DNA of 64,000 bases, from the sequence record NC_019929.1. One strand, 5' to 3'. Numbering within the stretch: the stretch's first letter is position 1; every line of letters starts with the position of its first letter. The position numbers and the translations under genes are program-made. Below, one piece after another: positions 48,549 through 57,721 of the stretch. The notes under the pieces were generated by a model that saw only the letters and a program-made list of their open reading frames with translations, was not told where the DNA came from and did no database searches.

Positions 48549-50060
48549 ATGCAACAGTATTTTGAACTCCCATCGTTGGACGCAACTATTCGCAAACCGA
48601 TTGTTGACGGTGTCGTGCAACGTGTCCTGAACGAATCCGGTATTGAACAAGCCTCCGTCATCTTTGAAGACGAGATTAACAATACTGCGTACCAGCCTGG
48701 CTCAACCCTTGGGGATGAAGTTCCGGTTGATTACGCTTCGCCTGAACGCGTGTACGTAGAAGTCGAAGAAGAACGTGATGAGTACGCTCGCATTAACCGT
48801 CAAGTCGGAATGCAAGCTGAACCGTACTTCTTTGAGAACGCCAAAGACCAGGTACGCGCATGGCCCGTCCGCACGATGTACAACATTACGATTACGCTAC
48901 GCCGCACCAGCGCGTCGCGTGATGAATTGCTGCGCTGGACAAACCGTCTGGACTCTTTAATCGATATGGGACGCTTCTCGGTGATGACCGAGGCCGAAGC
49001 ATTCTATTATATTCCGCGCCCTGCCCTGCATCTGCTGAACGCGTGTTATGTGGCTGCCGGTACCCGTGTGCCCGAGTTTGATGATTTCAAAGCGTACCTG
49101 AAAGCCCACTTTACCCCCGATGTCTTTGTGGCCGGGAACGTGGCCGGTGGCCAGGAAGCGTTATCGGTACGGTATTCGCCGACCCGTCTGGAAACCGTGT
49201 ACGATGTGCAGGTGCCCGCCTGGGACAAAGACGAGAACCGCTGGGAAGCGACATTCGTTGTACGCTTCTCGTACCAGCGCCCGGAAGAGATTGTGGTGTC
49301 GTATCCATACATCATCAATCAAACCCCGTTACCAGAAGAATACTGGCCAGAGATTGACCCGCCGTGGGTGTCGAACGAGGAAGAGGTGCAGCGCCATGCG
49401 CAGCAAAAGAACCTCGACGGTACCTGGTGGATTAATGAATCCCGCCAGTTGATTCGTCTGCCGTATCTGCTCTCACCGACCGAGCAGTTTGAACGTACGC
49501 ACTCCCCGCTAAAGAACAAGCTGCTGCACATCTTTGGCACTGACGTGGTGTTCGATGAGGACAACATGACCAGCCCGAAAGTGCTAAGCGTCGATGACTT
49601 GCCGTACGTCTGGAACAAAGACCTGCTGCCGTACATCGAACATTGCCGGGCGATTGACCCGACCGGACAACGGGGGGTATTCCGTACCGAGTTGTTTGAG
49701 GAGGGACAGATCATTGAACCGCGTTTCTATAACTGGGACAACGGTACCTTTGCCCTGAAAGGTCGTGATGTGTTGGTCAACAAAGGCTACTACTTGACCG
49801 AGTCGGTGATTTACGACTGGCGGAACCTTGACCTTTGGCCACTCCAGTTATACCCGAAAGCCGCGAAGGTGTTAATTGAATGGTTATTCCCCGAGTGGGA
49901 CGTACCAGCCTGGTGGTGGGATTTGCCGAAGTTCCCACCGAGTGTGGAGGACGACATCAAGAACCTCACCAAAACGCCAGACAAACGGATTCTGTTAACC
50001 ATCTTTAACACCACCATCTTTACCATGCGAGGTACTGAGAATGTTGAAAGCGTCGCGTGA
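48549..50060 (+). CDS. Virion structural protein, possible neck/tail terminator (T4 gp15-like)
   Basis: 503 aa; PVRTMYNITITLRRT.SRDELLRW resembles the gp15 pattern; TATG at 48525. Confidence 0.45.
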   Translation: MQQYFELPSLDATIRKPIVDGVVQRVLNESGIEQASVIFEDEINNTAYQPGSTLGDEVPVDYASPERVYVEVEEERDEYARINRQVGMQAEPYFFENAKDQVRAWPVRTMYNITITLRRTSASRDELLRWTNRLDSLIDMGRFSVMTEAEAFYYIPRPALHLLNACYVAAGTRVPEFDDFKAYLKAHFTPDVFVAGNVAGGQEALSVRYSPTRLETVYDVQVPAWDKDENRWEATFVVRFSYQRPEEIVVSYPYIINQTPLPEEYWPEIDPPWVSNEEEVQRHAQQKNLDGTWWINESRQLIRLPYLLSPTEQFERTHSPLKNKLLHIFGTDVVFDEDNMTSPKVLSVDDLPYVWNKDLLPYIEHCRAIDPTGQRGVFRTELFEEGQIIEPRFYNWDNGTFALKGRDVLVNKGYYLTESVIYDWRNLDLWPLQLYPKAAKVLIEWLFPEWDVPAWWWDLPKFPPSVEDDIKNLTKTPDKRILLTIFNTTIFTMRGTENVESVA

Positions 50061-51393
50061 CCAAACCACGTTCGTTCCCGTGGAACCGGAAACCCCTATC
50101 CTGAATAAACCACAGGACGGGGTAAAGGAAACCACGAACATCGTGACCCAGCCACTGCGCACTACGGTGACGGACTTTGACCGTATCCCGAAACAGTACC
50201 TGATGAAGTACGTGGAAGGGTCAGCCTGGCCAGTGGACTTCTTCAACTTCCTGAAAGGGAAGAACGATGCGAAGAAGTTCTTTGACACGCAGGTCATTAC
50301 GCCTGACCAGCAGTTAGAGAAAATCATCGGGATGGAACTGCGGGTAACGTCTGCCCTCGACCGTTCGCAAGACGGGCAGAACAAAACCTTCTCCCTGACG
50401 GGTTCTGCTACGGTGGCCAATACCATTGCGCCGAACGAAGGTTGCTTCTTCGTGGCCCCGATTGGCGACGACCGCTATGCGTTGTTTAACATCACCTCGG
50501 TTACCCGGATGTCGAACAACAAAGTGGCGACGTACAATATCGAGTACGGGATGCTGTTCGAAGTGTCCCCGGCGATTGCGGAAACCCTGCGTCAGTGTAC
50601 CGTGCGGGAATGGTACTACGTAGCGGAACGAGCGTGGACGGGGGGTGATACGTTACTGTCCCCGAACGAGTACCGCAGCTTCCTGAAACTGGGCGATGCT
50701 GTACTCGACATTGAAACCACGTACGTGAAGCGTTTCTGGAATTCGGAAACACAGACACTGTTGTTCCCCCGCGACTGGCGTGTGTACGGGTTGAAGGGGG
50801 CGTCGTACTACGACGTGTTCCTGTGCTTGTTTGTGCGCACCATCGGTCTACGGGCTGTGGGTAAGGATATTCAGATTTATCCGCATCCGCCAAAGAACGT
50901 GGAAGATGTTGAGTGTCTGTTCACGGCGATTGCCAAACAACAACCGACGTTCCTCAAGTCGTACAACAAACCGAACGGGGCGTATCTGGTTAATACCTTC
51001 CGGACGATGCAAACCCGTAACTCGGTTGCCTGGTCGCGTATCACCAATACCCGTTACTTTAGTGATGACCTGCGCTCACCGAAACAGTTTCCGGCCGAGT
51101 GGGTGAAGTTCACGCCGTTTGACCCGACCATCGTCGACAAATACCGCGGGAACGAAGGGGAATCGCTTCCGGCGTTCTTGCCGTTAACGTATAACCCGTA
51201 TCTGTTGTCGGAAACGTTCTACAACGGCTCGTACAGTTCGTTGCTGGAATACGGTTTGAATCTCTACCTCAATAAGCGTGCAGTCTCCTCCGAGATTGCG
51301 TTGAAGCTGGCTGAGGTGTGCAACACGTTACCAGTGGATGCCCAGTTCTATTACATCCCCCTGGTGTACGTGCTGTTGAAATACGCGAGGTAG
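50041..51393 (+). CDS. Virion structural protein, possible neck/head-closure (T4 gp14-like)
   Basis: 450 aa; APNEGCFFVAPIGD..YALFNITSV resembles the gp14 PxEGDLIY..LFEI pattern. Confidence 0.5.
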   Translation: MLKASRDQTTFVPVEPETPILNKPQDGVKETTNIVTQPLRTTVTDFDRIPKQYLMKYVEGSAWPVDFFNFLKGKNDAKKFFDTQVITPDQQLEKIIGMELRVTSALDRSQDGQNKTFSLTGSATVANTIAPNEGCFFVAPIGDDRYALFNITSVTRMSNNKVATYNIEYGMLFEVSPAIAETLRQCTVREWYYVAERAWTGGDTLLSPNEYRSFLKLGDAVLDIETTYVKRFWNSETQTLLFPRDWRVYGLKGASYYDVFLCLFVRTIGLRAVGKDIQIYPHPPKNVEDVECLFTAIAKQQPTFLKSYNKPNGAYLVNTFRTMQTRNSVAWSRITNTRYFSDDLRSPKQFPAEWVKFTPFDPTIVDKYRGNEGESLPAFLPLTYNPYLLSETFYNGSYSSLLEYGLNLYLNKRAVSSEIALKLAEVCNTLPVDAQFYYIPLVYVLLKYAR

Positions 51394-51397
51394 TAGC

Positions 51398-51946
51398 GTG
51401 CAACAACGTGACCCAAAGTTTACCGCAGCCTTTATGCTGTTTCACAAGTGGGTGTTCTGGCGCGTACCGGAGTACGCGACCATTACCAAGTACGCCAGTC
51501 AGGAACACGGGTTGTTCTTACCGGAAGACCCGAAGAAAGCCCGTGCGATTCTGCTCAACAAAAAGAGCATCTATTTGCATCCCTCGGAAGCGGCGGTGTA
51601 CGCGGCAACCGGTGGGGCATTAGACATCACCGACCCGAATGACGCGATCATGGTCTACGGGTGGATTATGGAACATCTGGCAGACTGGTTACGGTATATG
51701 GAACAACCGCACTTGATGGTACGTCCTGTGCCAATGGAAGGGTTGCGGCAGTTCAATGCCCTGGCAGGAAAACTGTTCCCGGTCGCCAACCGCTATGGCT
51801 ACTTTAAGAAGCCAGAACGGACAATGGTGTCCGCAGTACAGGCCCTGTTCGGGGAAGTCCGGGAAGAAGTTCAGCAGCACCGGTTTAACGATACGATTAT
51901 GCGGCGTATCGAGAAGGTGTATCGTCAACGTGGAGGAATGCTCTAA
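51398..51946 (+). CDS. Conserved hypothetical protein (182 aa)
   Basis: GTG start with GAGG RBS; TAATG coupling to the next gene. Confidence 0.65.
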   Translation: MQQRDPKFTAAFMLFHKWVFWRVPEYATITKYASQEHGLFLPEDPKKARAILLNKKSIYLHPSEAAVYAATGGALDITDPNDAIMVYGWIMEHLADWLRYMEQPHLMVRPVPMEGLRQFNALAGKLFPVANRYGYFKKPERTMVSAVQALFGEVREEVQQHRFNDTIMRRIEKVYRQRGGML

Positions 51947-53256
51947 TGTCGTTTGGTCGGTTACAGAAAATTGCGAATACGCACATTTCACAAGCGGCAG
52001 GATTACCGGCCATCGATTACGGGGCATTTATCACTGTACGCGGTGCGCCGTTAACGGTGCTGAAAATCGTCTCGCTGATTCATGCCAGCAACTTCGTTAA
52101 CGACATGGCGACGCTCACTCACTTGACGGTGGCGGTGCCGTTTAGCCAGATGCGATTAACGACGTCTGCGGCAGAAGGTGATATCAAAATCAAACTTATC
52201 CTGCGTAACGGGAACAAGATTGCCGGACGGTTCAGTTACCGGGGCATCGCGATTAATAACCGCGACCACGATATGGAATCCCCGACCATGTTCCTGGGGG
52301 AGTCGAACGACAAATCCCTGGCGTTGGTAACGTTTGAGTTGATGGATGAGGCGATGTGGTTCTTGCGGGTACGGCAAGTGGGGGGTATTTATCACGATAC
52401 GAACCCGCTGACCGTGGCCCGATCGATTCTGGCGGATACTCTGCCCACTGGAGCGGCATCCGAAGGGCAGTTGCTGAGCCTGTCTTACGACGAGGAAGAA
52501 CAGCAGGGGTATCGGGATATACTGATACCGGACTCGCAGGATTTCTTGTCGGTGTTCGATTACCTGCAAAAGCATTACGGCATTTACAGCAAAGGGCTGG
52601 GTGTCTTTTTGTATATGCAGCGCTGGCATCTGTTCCAGCCGTGGGACTCGAAGAAGTTTACCGGGGCGAAGAAGAAACTCGTTATCATCAACCTGCCGCG
52701 TGAGATGGCCTCACAACTTGACCGGACGTGTCAGGTGTCAGGTGATACCGTGTACTTGATTTGTGGTGGGGATGTCGTGGCGATGGAGTCGAAAGACGAA
52801 GACGCGATGAACAAAGGGACGGGGTATCGGGTAGGTTCACTGCGCGTGTTAGATGGGCGTGCAACGTCGTTCTCCCCAGGGGAGATTTCAACCACGACGT
52901 CCGCGGACTTTGTTTCTCAGGCTGACCCGAATGCGTATCCGGGGGGTGTGGTAAACGCACCGATTGATCCAAAGCAGCATTTCTCTGACACGGATAAACC
53001 GCAACGCTCGAGCCTGGCCGCCCGTAACGGGACGATTACCAAGACCACTTGGAACCGTTCCACTCACGGGGTGCTGACGCCGGGGATGGCGGTGAAGTAT
53101 ATGTATGCGAACGACTATGGCGTCTATTCCCGCTACGGTACCTTGGCCGCTGAGGTCTTCCAGTCAGCCCAAGACGGCCAGACGATGGCCTCGGGTCGAT
53201 ACAATACGCAGTCCCAGTTAACCCTGTGGCTCACCGAAGAAAAATTTACAGACTAA
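51946..53256 (+). CDS. Baseplate hub protein (phiKZ gp101-like; T4 gp27-like)
   Basis: 436 aa; GGIYHDTNPLTVARSIL, FDYLQKHYGIYSKG and LTPGMAVKY; synteny. Confidence 0.6.
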   Translation: MSFGRLQKIANTHISQAAGLPAIDYGAFITVRGAPLTVLKIVSLIHASNFVNDMATLTHLTVAVPFSQMRLTTSAAEGDIKIKLILRNGNKIAGRFSYRGIAINNRDHDMESPTMFLGESNDKSLALVTFELMDEAMWFLRVRQVGGIYHDTNPLTVARSILADTLPTGAASEGQLLSLSYDEEEQQGYRDILIPDSQDFLSVFDYLQKHYGIYSKGLGVFLYMQRWHLFQPWDSKKFTGAKKKLVIINLPREMASQLDRTCQVSGDTVYLICGGDVVAMESKDEDAMNKGTGYRVGSLRVLDGRATSFSPGEISTTTSADFVSQADPNAYPGGVVNAPIDPKQHFSDTDKPQRSSLAARNGTITKTTWNRSTHGVLTPGMAVKYMYANDYGVYSRYGTLAAEVFQSAQDGQTMASGRYNTQSQLTLWLTEEKFTD

Positions 53257-53300
53257 CGTAGTGTTATGTCGAAACACACCAAAACCTTAAGGACTTTTCA

Positions 53301-54101
53301 ATGAAAGCGATCCACACGTTTCGCATGTCAGGACAAACGCTTCTGAGCATCGACGAATACGAGAAAAAGAACTTCTCTAAACCGGCGAAGTTATTTGAAC
53401 GTTGTGTGCAGCTGATGCCGCATGGGCAGCAACAGCAGCTGGATTTTATCATGGCCTCGTCCATGGATAAGACCGTTGCCGTCATCTTTACTGTTGACGG
53501 TGTTCAAAGCAAACGTGACCTCGCGATCACTGATGAGGGTAGTCTCGGTGACCTGCTGTTCCGTCACGCCCTGACTACTGCGGTTATCAGTGGGGCGCTG
53601 GAAGCGCAGTACGGGTTTGCCTACTGCTACTTCTACGCCCAGAAAATCTCCAACACCATCGTCCCTGGTGACCCGGATACGTACCCGCAATACATTGAAC
53701 AGCTGACTCCGGCTGAGTTCAACGAAAGTGCGGACTACGAGTTCAACGTCTTCCGCTTTACCATGGTCGGCGAATCGCGTGTGAAAGAATACACCACGGC
53801 TTTCCGTGCGGTGGTACGTTACGCGGTGCTGTCGTCTGACGAAGGGCTGTCCAGTAACTTCAATGAGGTGTTCCCGGTCTTGCAGTTGGGGCCATACATC
53901 ACCTTCAACGGTTACGTACCATTCCCAGCCCAAATCATCGGGCCGTTGAACGACAATTCGATTCTGCCGATTGCCGAAGATCGCGACCTGTTCGCGTCCA
54001 ACGCGGTACTGCTGGTGAACGATACGCGTTTCAACATCTCCATCCAGGCGGGTATCAATGACCACGCAATCGCGGTCACGGATAAGATGGCGCTGCGTTA
54101 A
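53301..54101 (+). CDS. Hypothetical protein (266 aa)
   Basis: TAAGGA RBS; AAAATTTAC (phiKZ middle-promoter-like) at 53241-53249. Confidence 0.7.
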   Translation: MKAIHTFRMSGQTLLSIDEYEKKNFSKPAKLFERCVQLMPHGQQQQLDFIMASSMDKTVAVIFTVDGVQSKRDLAITDEGSLGDLLFRHALTTAVISGALEAQYGFAYCYFYAQKISNTIVPGDPDTYPQYIEQLTPAEFNESADYEFNVFRFTMVGESRVKEYTTAFRAVVRYAVLSSDEGLSSNFNEVFPVLQLGPYITFNGYVPFPAQIIGPLNDNSILPIAEDRDLFASNAVLLVNDTRFNISIQAGINDHAIAVTDKMALR

Positions 54102-54105
54102 GACC

Positions 54106-54142
54106 TACCCGACCTCCTTGTGGGGTCGGGTATCCTTTATTT
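54106..54142 (+). terminator. Terminator hairpin
   Basis: TACCCGACC...GGTCGGGTA followed by T-rich sequence. Confidence 0.6.
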
Positions 54143-54276
54143 GTTTGCTAAACGCCACACAGCGAAGATAACGTGTGCTAAGGCAACGTATGTACCGCAA
54201 TCGCTTAAAACTCGTTACAGTGCGTTTGAGAGCGTTTTTAAGGCATTGAAAAGAAAGTTTGACTCCAATGTTTTTC

Positions 54277-54289
54277 AGATATATATTAC
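54277..54289 (+). promoter_or_regulatory. Early (vRNAP-type) promoter AGATATATATTAC
   Basis: Shares TTTCAGATATATATTACCTA with the copy at 44721; heads the second accessory cassette. Confidence 0.7.
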
Positions 54290-54347
54290 CTACATGAGAG
54301 AAAACAATTATCTCTCTAATCCGACCATTTCCTAAAGGAGTTTTACC

Positions 54348-54593
54348 ATGACTAAAATCGCATTCATCAAAGACATGACCAAATGCTTCGGTATCGCAGT
54401 GATGATTCTCGCATCTGCCATCATTGGCTTCCTGTCTCCGTTCGCCGTAATTGACGGTGTAACCTATCTGACCGGTAACATGGTTATCGGTGCGCTTACC
54501 GGTGGTGCATGGGGTGCAACCTTGCTTGTCGGCTGCTTCATGGGTTGGGACAAAGCACTGGTTAACTACCTGAAAGCCAAATTCAAAAAGTAA
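54348..54593 (+). CDS. Small membrane protein, paralog A (81 aa)
   Basis: Two hydrophobic helices; AAGGAG RBS; paralog at 55320. Confidence 0.75.
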   Translation: MTKIAFIKDMTKCFGIAVMILASAIIGFLSPFAVIDGVTYLTGNMVIGALTGGAWGATLLVGCFMGWDKALVNYLKAKFKK

Positions 54594-54602
54594 TACCCCT
54601 CT

Positions 54603-54639
54603 AGGCCACCACATGGTGGCCTTTTTAATTCGACCATTA
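54603..54639 (+). promoter_or_regulatory. Hairpin plus AATTCGACCATTA element
   Basis: AGGCCACC-ACAT-GGTGGCCT-TTTT immediately followed by the repeated 13-mer. Confidence 0.6.
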
Positions 54640-54657
54640 TCCCATTAGGAGCAGTAA

Positions 54658-55257
54658 ATGAACACAATTGAAATGGCAGTAAAAGCGAAAAACGAAGACC
54701 AGCTGGTGAATGCCGTTCTTTATAAACTGTCCCAAAAGTTCGGACACCAATACGTTTCCAGCGGCTTCCAGAATTTGACCACGCGGCCAAGCGGGGAGTA
54801 CGTGTTGCCGGAGAAACTCCAGGCAGCAAAAACCGATAACTATTACGGAGTCCTGGTACACCACATCCAAGCCGCATTGGCTGCGCAGTATGTGGGCTGT
54901 ACTGTCCGTGTGAGCCTGGCGCAATATTACCGCGATGGCGATATTGACCCGATCGGTTTCTTTTGCGTTCATGTTGAACATCCTGACGATGGACAGGTCA
55001 TCAATTTCGTGGTTTATCTTCACCCGCTGGAAGCAGCATTCCACGCGGTGGATTTGAACCGGCTTGTTGAGATGAAGACGCTCGCAACACGCGAAACTCC
55101 AATCGTGGTACTTACCCACGATATGATTTTAGAAGTAACCGGAATGGACTACGTAGATGGATACGTGATTGATTCCGTCAGCATTGCCGCACATGCCGCA
55201 GGCTGGTCAGATACCGAGCAATATGGACTGTCGTTGTTACTGTCCGCGATTAACTAA
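54658..55257 (+). CDS. Hypothetical protein (199 aa)
   Basis: TAGGAG RBS. Confidence 0.7.
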   Translation: MNTIEMAVKAKNEDQLVNAVLYKLSQKFGHQYVSSGFQNLTTRPSGEYVLPEKLQAAKTDNYYGVLVHHIQAALAAQYVGCTVRVSLAQYYRDGDIDPIGFFCVHVEHPDDGQVINFVVYLHPLEAAFHAVDLNRLVEMKTLATRETPIVVLTHDMILEVTGMDYVDGYVIDSVSIAAHAAGWSDTEQYGLSLLLSAIN

Positions 55258-55264
55258 ACACAAC

Positions 55265-55298
55265 CGGGAGAGGAAGCTCTCCCGTAATTCGACCATTA
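55265..55298 (+). promoter_or_regulatory. Hairpin plus AATTCGACCATTA element
   Basis: CGGGAGAG-GAAG-CTCTCCCG followed by the 13-mer. Confidence 0.6.
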
Positions 55299-55319
55299 AG
55301 CATAACAGGACACCTTAAG

Positions 55320-55565
55320 ATGACCGACGCTGAAATCAACTTCACAACACCACTCACGTTCAAACGCATTACCCTGGCCATCATTGCAGTCGTTGTTGTA
55401 CTGCTGTCGCCTTTCGTTGTAACCGATGTAACCACGTATTTAACCGGCAGTGAATCCCTCGGGGAACTCATTGGCGGGCTTTGGGGTGTGCTGCTGGTAG
55501 CAACCTTTTACTTTGGTTGGGATACCCTGCTGCTGAACCACCTGCGCACCAAGTTCACGAAATAA
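55320..55565 (+). CDS. Small membrane protein, paralog B (81 aa)
   Basis: 27/53 ungapped identities with paralog A over the C-terminal part. Confidence 0.75.
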   Translation: MTDAEINFTTPLTFKRITLAIIAVVVVLLSPFVVTDVTTYLTGSESLGELIGGLWGVLLVATFYFGWDTLLLNHLRTKFTK

Positions 55566-55615
55566 GCTTTACCCTTAACACAATTCGACTATTAACTATC
55601 TCAAGGAATACGACC

Positions 55616-55759
55616 ATGATCTCTCGCAAACACAAACTCGCTATCTATTCTATCGCTGTTGCTGTACTGGTAACCGTTGGCATGATGACCATCAACAATG
55701 ACTACAACACTTGCCGCGCTAACGGTAACTCAGTAGCACTGTGCACAGGACGCGGCTAA
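55616..55759 (+). CDS. Small membrane-anchored peptide with two Cys (47 aa)
   Basis: AAGGA RBS; basic N-terminus, hydrophobic helix, then CRANGNSVALC. Confidence 0.6.
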   Translation: MISRKHKLAIYSIAVAVLVTVGMMTINNDYNTCRANGNSVALCTGRG

Positions 55760-55760
55760 G

Positions 55761-55946
55761 ATGACTTTCTCTGATAACGCGTTCGCTGAATTCCTGTCCA
55801 ACCCACGTATCAAACGCGAGTGGGACAATCTGTCTAATGGCTCCCGTCATCGCCAACACGATGATGAGGTGACGCACGTCACTGCCCAAGTGTTACTGGT
55901 GGATTCCACCGGTATCGCCTATCCCCAATTCGAAGAGAGTTACTAA
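55761..55946 (+). CDS. Small hypothetical protein (61 aa)
   Basis: Starts 1 nt after the upstream stop. Confidence 0.6.
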   Translation: MTFSDNAFAEFLSNPRIKREWDNLSNGSRHRQHDDEVTHVTAQVLLVDSTGIAYPQFEESY

Positions 55947-55947
55947 C

Positions 55948-56118
55948 ATGGCTGTAATGCAAAACGCTGACGGTAGTATTCGTGTGCTGGAAGACAATGA
56001 AACGGTTGTCCGCGGCGAAGAAAAGGAAAAGGTGTTCATCGCCGCCCCGAAGAACGTCGTGAAGCCAGATTGGAAAAACGACCTGGCCGAATTCCGCAAA
56101 CAGCTGGAGAAGAAATAA
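55948..56118 (+). CDS. Small hypothetical protein (56 aa), absent from the ORF track
   Basis: MAVMQNADGS...FRKQLEKK fills the gap exactly and is TAATG-coupled to the next gene. Confidence 0.6.
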   Translation: MAVMQNADGSIRVLEDNETVVRGEEKEKVFIAAPKNVVKPDWKNDLAEFRKQLEKK

Positions 56119-56681
56119 TGGACATGAAGAAAGAGTTCGACTTCAAGAATCACAAACCGGATACCACAACCAAGCATTACTTTGGAAAAGAAGAACTGGA
56201 CGGTGTTGTTATTCACGACAAACTGGACGATTCGAAAGTGCCAGAAAGTGACTACGCTACCCGTAAGCAACAACTGGCACAAACTGAGCTGGACAAGTTT
56301 GACGTCTCTCGTGGCTTACCGGAAAGTCTTAAACCATGGAACCTCCCACCGGAGAACGTGGGTAAGGGTGTGGTATTGAAGCACATCTTGCATGAAGACC
56401 TTCCTGTTGACGCCAACGGTAAGGTTGCTGACCTTGCCCCGCCACGCGGGATGTATCGTGACGAAGACGGTAACTTTCGTGACCTGAAGGAGCTCCGTAA
56501 ACGTGACCTACTGTTAGGCGGTGATTTCGAAGACGGTGAAGTAGTTAAAATCATCAAAGGGTTAGGTGCAGACTACGACGGTATCTCTTTACCGCTGCAT
56601 AAACCCTCCCGCGCAGAGAAGTCCGTCAGTAAATACCGCAATGTGATGAATGGGCTTATCGCTCGCGCATCCAAGAAGTAA
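56118..56681 (+). CDS. Hypothetical protein (187 aa)
   Basis: ATG at 56118 with GGAG RBS. Confidence 0.7.
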   Translation: MDMKKEFDFKNHKPDTTTKHYFGKEELDGVVIHDKLDDSKVPESDYATRKQQLAQTELDKFDVSRGLPESLKPWNLPPENVGKGVVLKHILHEDLPVDANGKVADLAPPRGMYRDEDGNFRDLKELRKRDLLLGGDFEDGEVVKIIKGLGADYDGISLPLHKPSRAEKSVSKYRNVMNGLIARASKK

Positions 56682-56688
56682 ATCCAAC

Positions 56689-56714
56689 GCCACCTTCGGG
56701 TGGCTTTATTTTTT
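56689..56714 (+). terminator. Intrinsic terminator
   Basis: GCCACC-TTCG-GGTGGC followed by a T-rich tract. Confidence 0.7.
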
Positions 56715-56732
56715 CCCTTAAGGAATATTGTA

Positions 56733-57611
56733 ATGTTAACCATCGACCAATTCTTACCGAAGTCCGCAGGCGCAGCACCAAGCGCTGAGAACGCATCAAT
56801 TGTCTACAAGCACGAGGAAGGTTATCGTTTAACCCGCCATCAGGGCGGTAGCACTGACGTCTTCTTTGTGGTGTGGGACGGTAACACCATTATCGCTTCT
56901 GGCTCTTACAACAGTTTGCAGATGCCAGAACGCCTGGCCAACGAAGACAAAATTCAAACGGTTTACCGAGTCCTGGCCCGTGGAGCCATCTGGTTACTGG
57001 TGCTGACCCGTGACCCAATTGCCCGTTTAACGGCATTGGACAAATACAACGACTTCGTAGAAGCCATCACCCAACTTGAAGACTATCAGGATGACCGTGT
57101 AACGCGTGCCATGAGCAGCTGGAAGGAAGAAGGTGAGATTGCACACTTTGCCGGTAACGCTATCCTGGCGCGCGCTGAGGCGCTGTATTTGGCCTTCCCA
57201 ACCTGGAACTACGAAGTCATCAGCAAAGAAGTCGACGGCGTGAAGATGGAGGCGATGGTGCAATACGGTGTGCCGGGTATTCGCCTGCTCTACACCGTGA
57301 AGAACGTGGATGAGAAAGCCCGTGCTGGACAAGAGCTGAAACGCTGGTACACGTTACCGCTTGACGGCGACTGGTACACCGCTGCCGATAATCACCTTGC
57401 AGTAATGTCACAAATCGCCCAGGGCAATAAAGCCGAGATGGAAGAACCTGCTCAACCGCAGGCTAAGCCTGCTGGGCGGCCGAAGCAAGACTTCACCTGT
57501 GAGCAGTGCGGCGCGACGTATGAGATTATGCCGTTCAACCGTTTCGAAGCTGTGAAGGTGCGTTGTAAAGAATGCGGTCACGACCAGGTTGATGCCTACC
57601 GGGCAAAATAA
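56733..57611 (+). CDS. Hypothetical protein with C-terminal zinc ribbon (292 aa)
   Basis: TAAGGA RBS, ATG at 56733; CEQCG...CKECG. Confidence 0.7.
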   Translation: MLTIDQFLPKSAGAAPSAENASIVYKHEEGYRLTRHQGGSTDVFFVVWDGNTIIASGSYNSLQMPERLANEDKIQTVYRVLARGAIWLLVLTRDPIARLTALDKYNDFVEAITQLEDYQDDRVTRAMSSWKEEGEIAHFAGNAILARAEALYLAFPTWNYEVISKEVDGVKMEAMVQYGVPGIRLLYTVKNVDEKARAGQELKRWYTLPLDGDWYTAADNHLAVMSQIAQGNKAEMEEPAQPQAKPAGRPKQDFTCEQCGATYEIMPFNRFEAVKVRCKECGHDQVDAYRAK

Positions 57612-57616
57612 AAGAG

Positions 57617-57652
57617 ACCCTACTCCTTCGGGAGTAGGGTAGTTCTTTTTTT
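57617..57652. terminator. Bidirectional terminator
   Basis: ACCCTACTCC-TTCG-GGAGTAGGGT with A- and T-tracts. Confidence 0.8.
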
Positions 57653-57721
57653 GTCCTTATTTTTTTTTGTGTTCGAGGACGCATAAACTGCCGTAGGGGA
57701 GCCTAAGCTCCCCGGTCGCTG

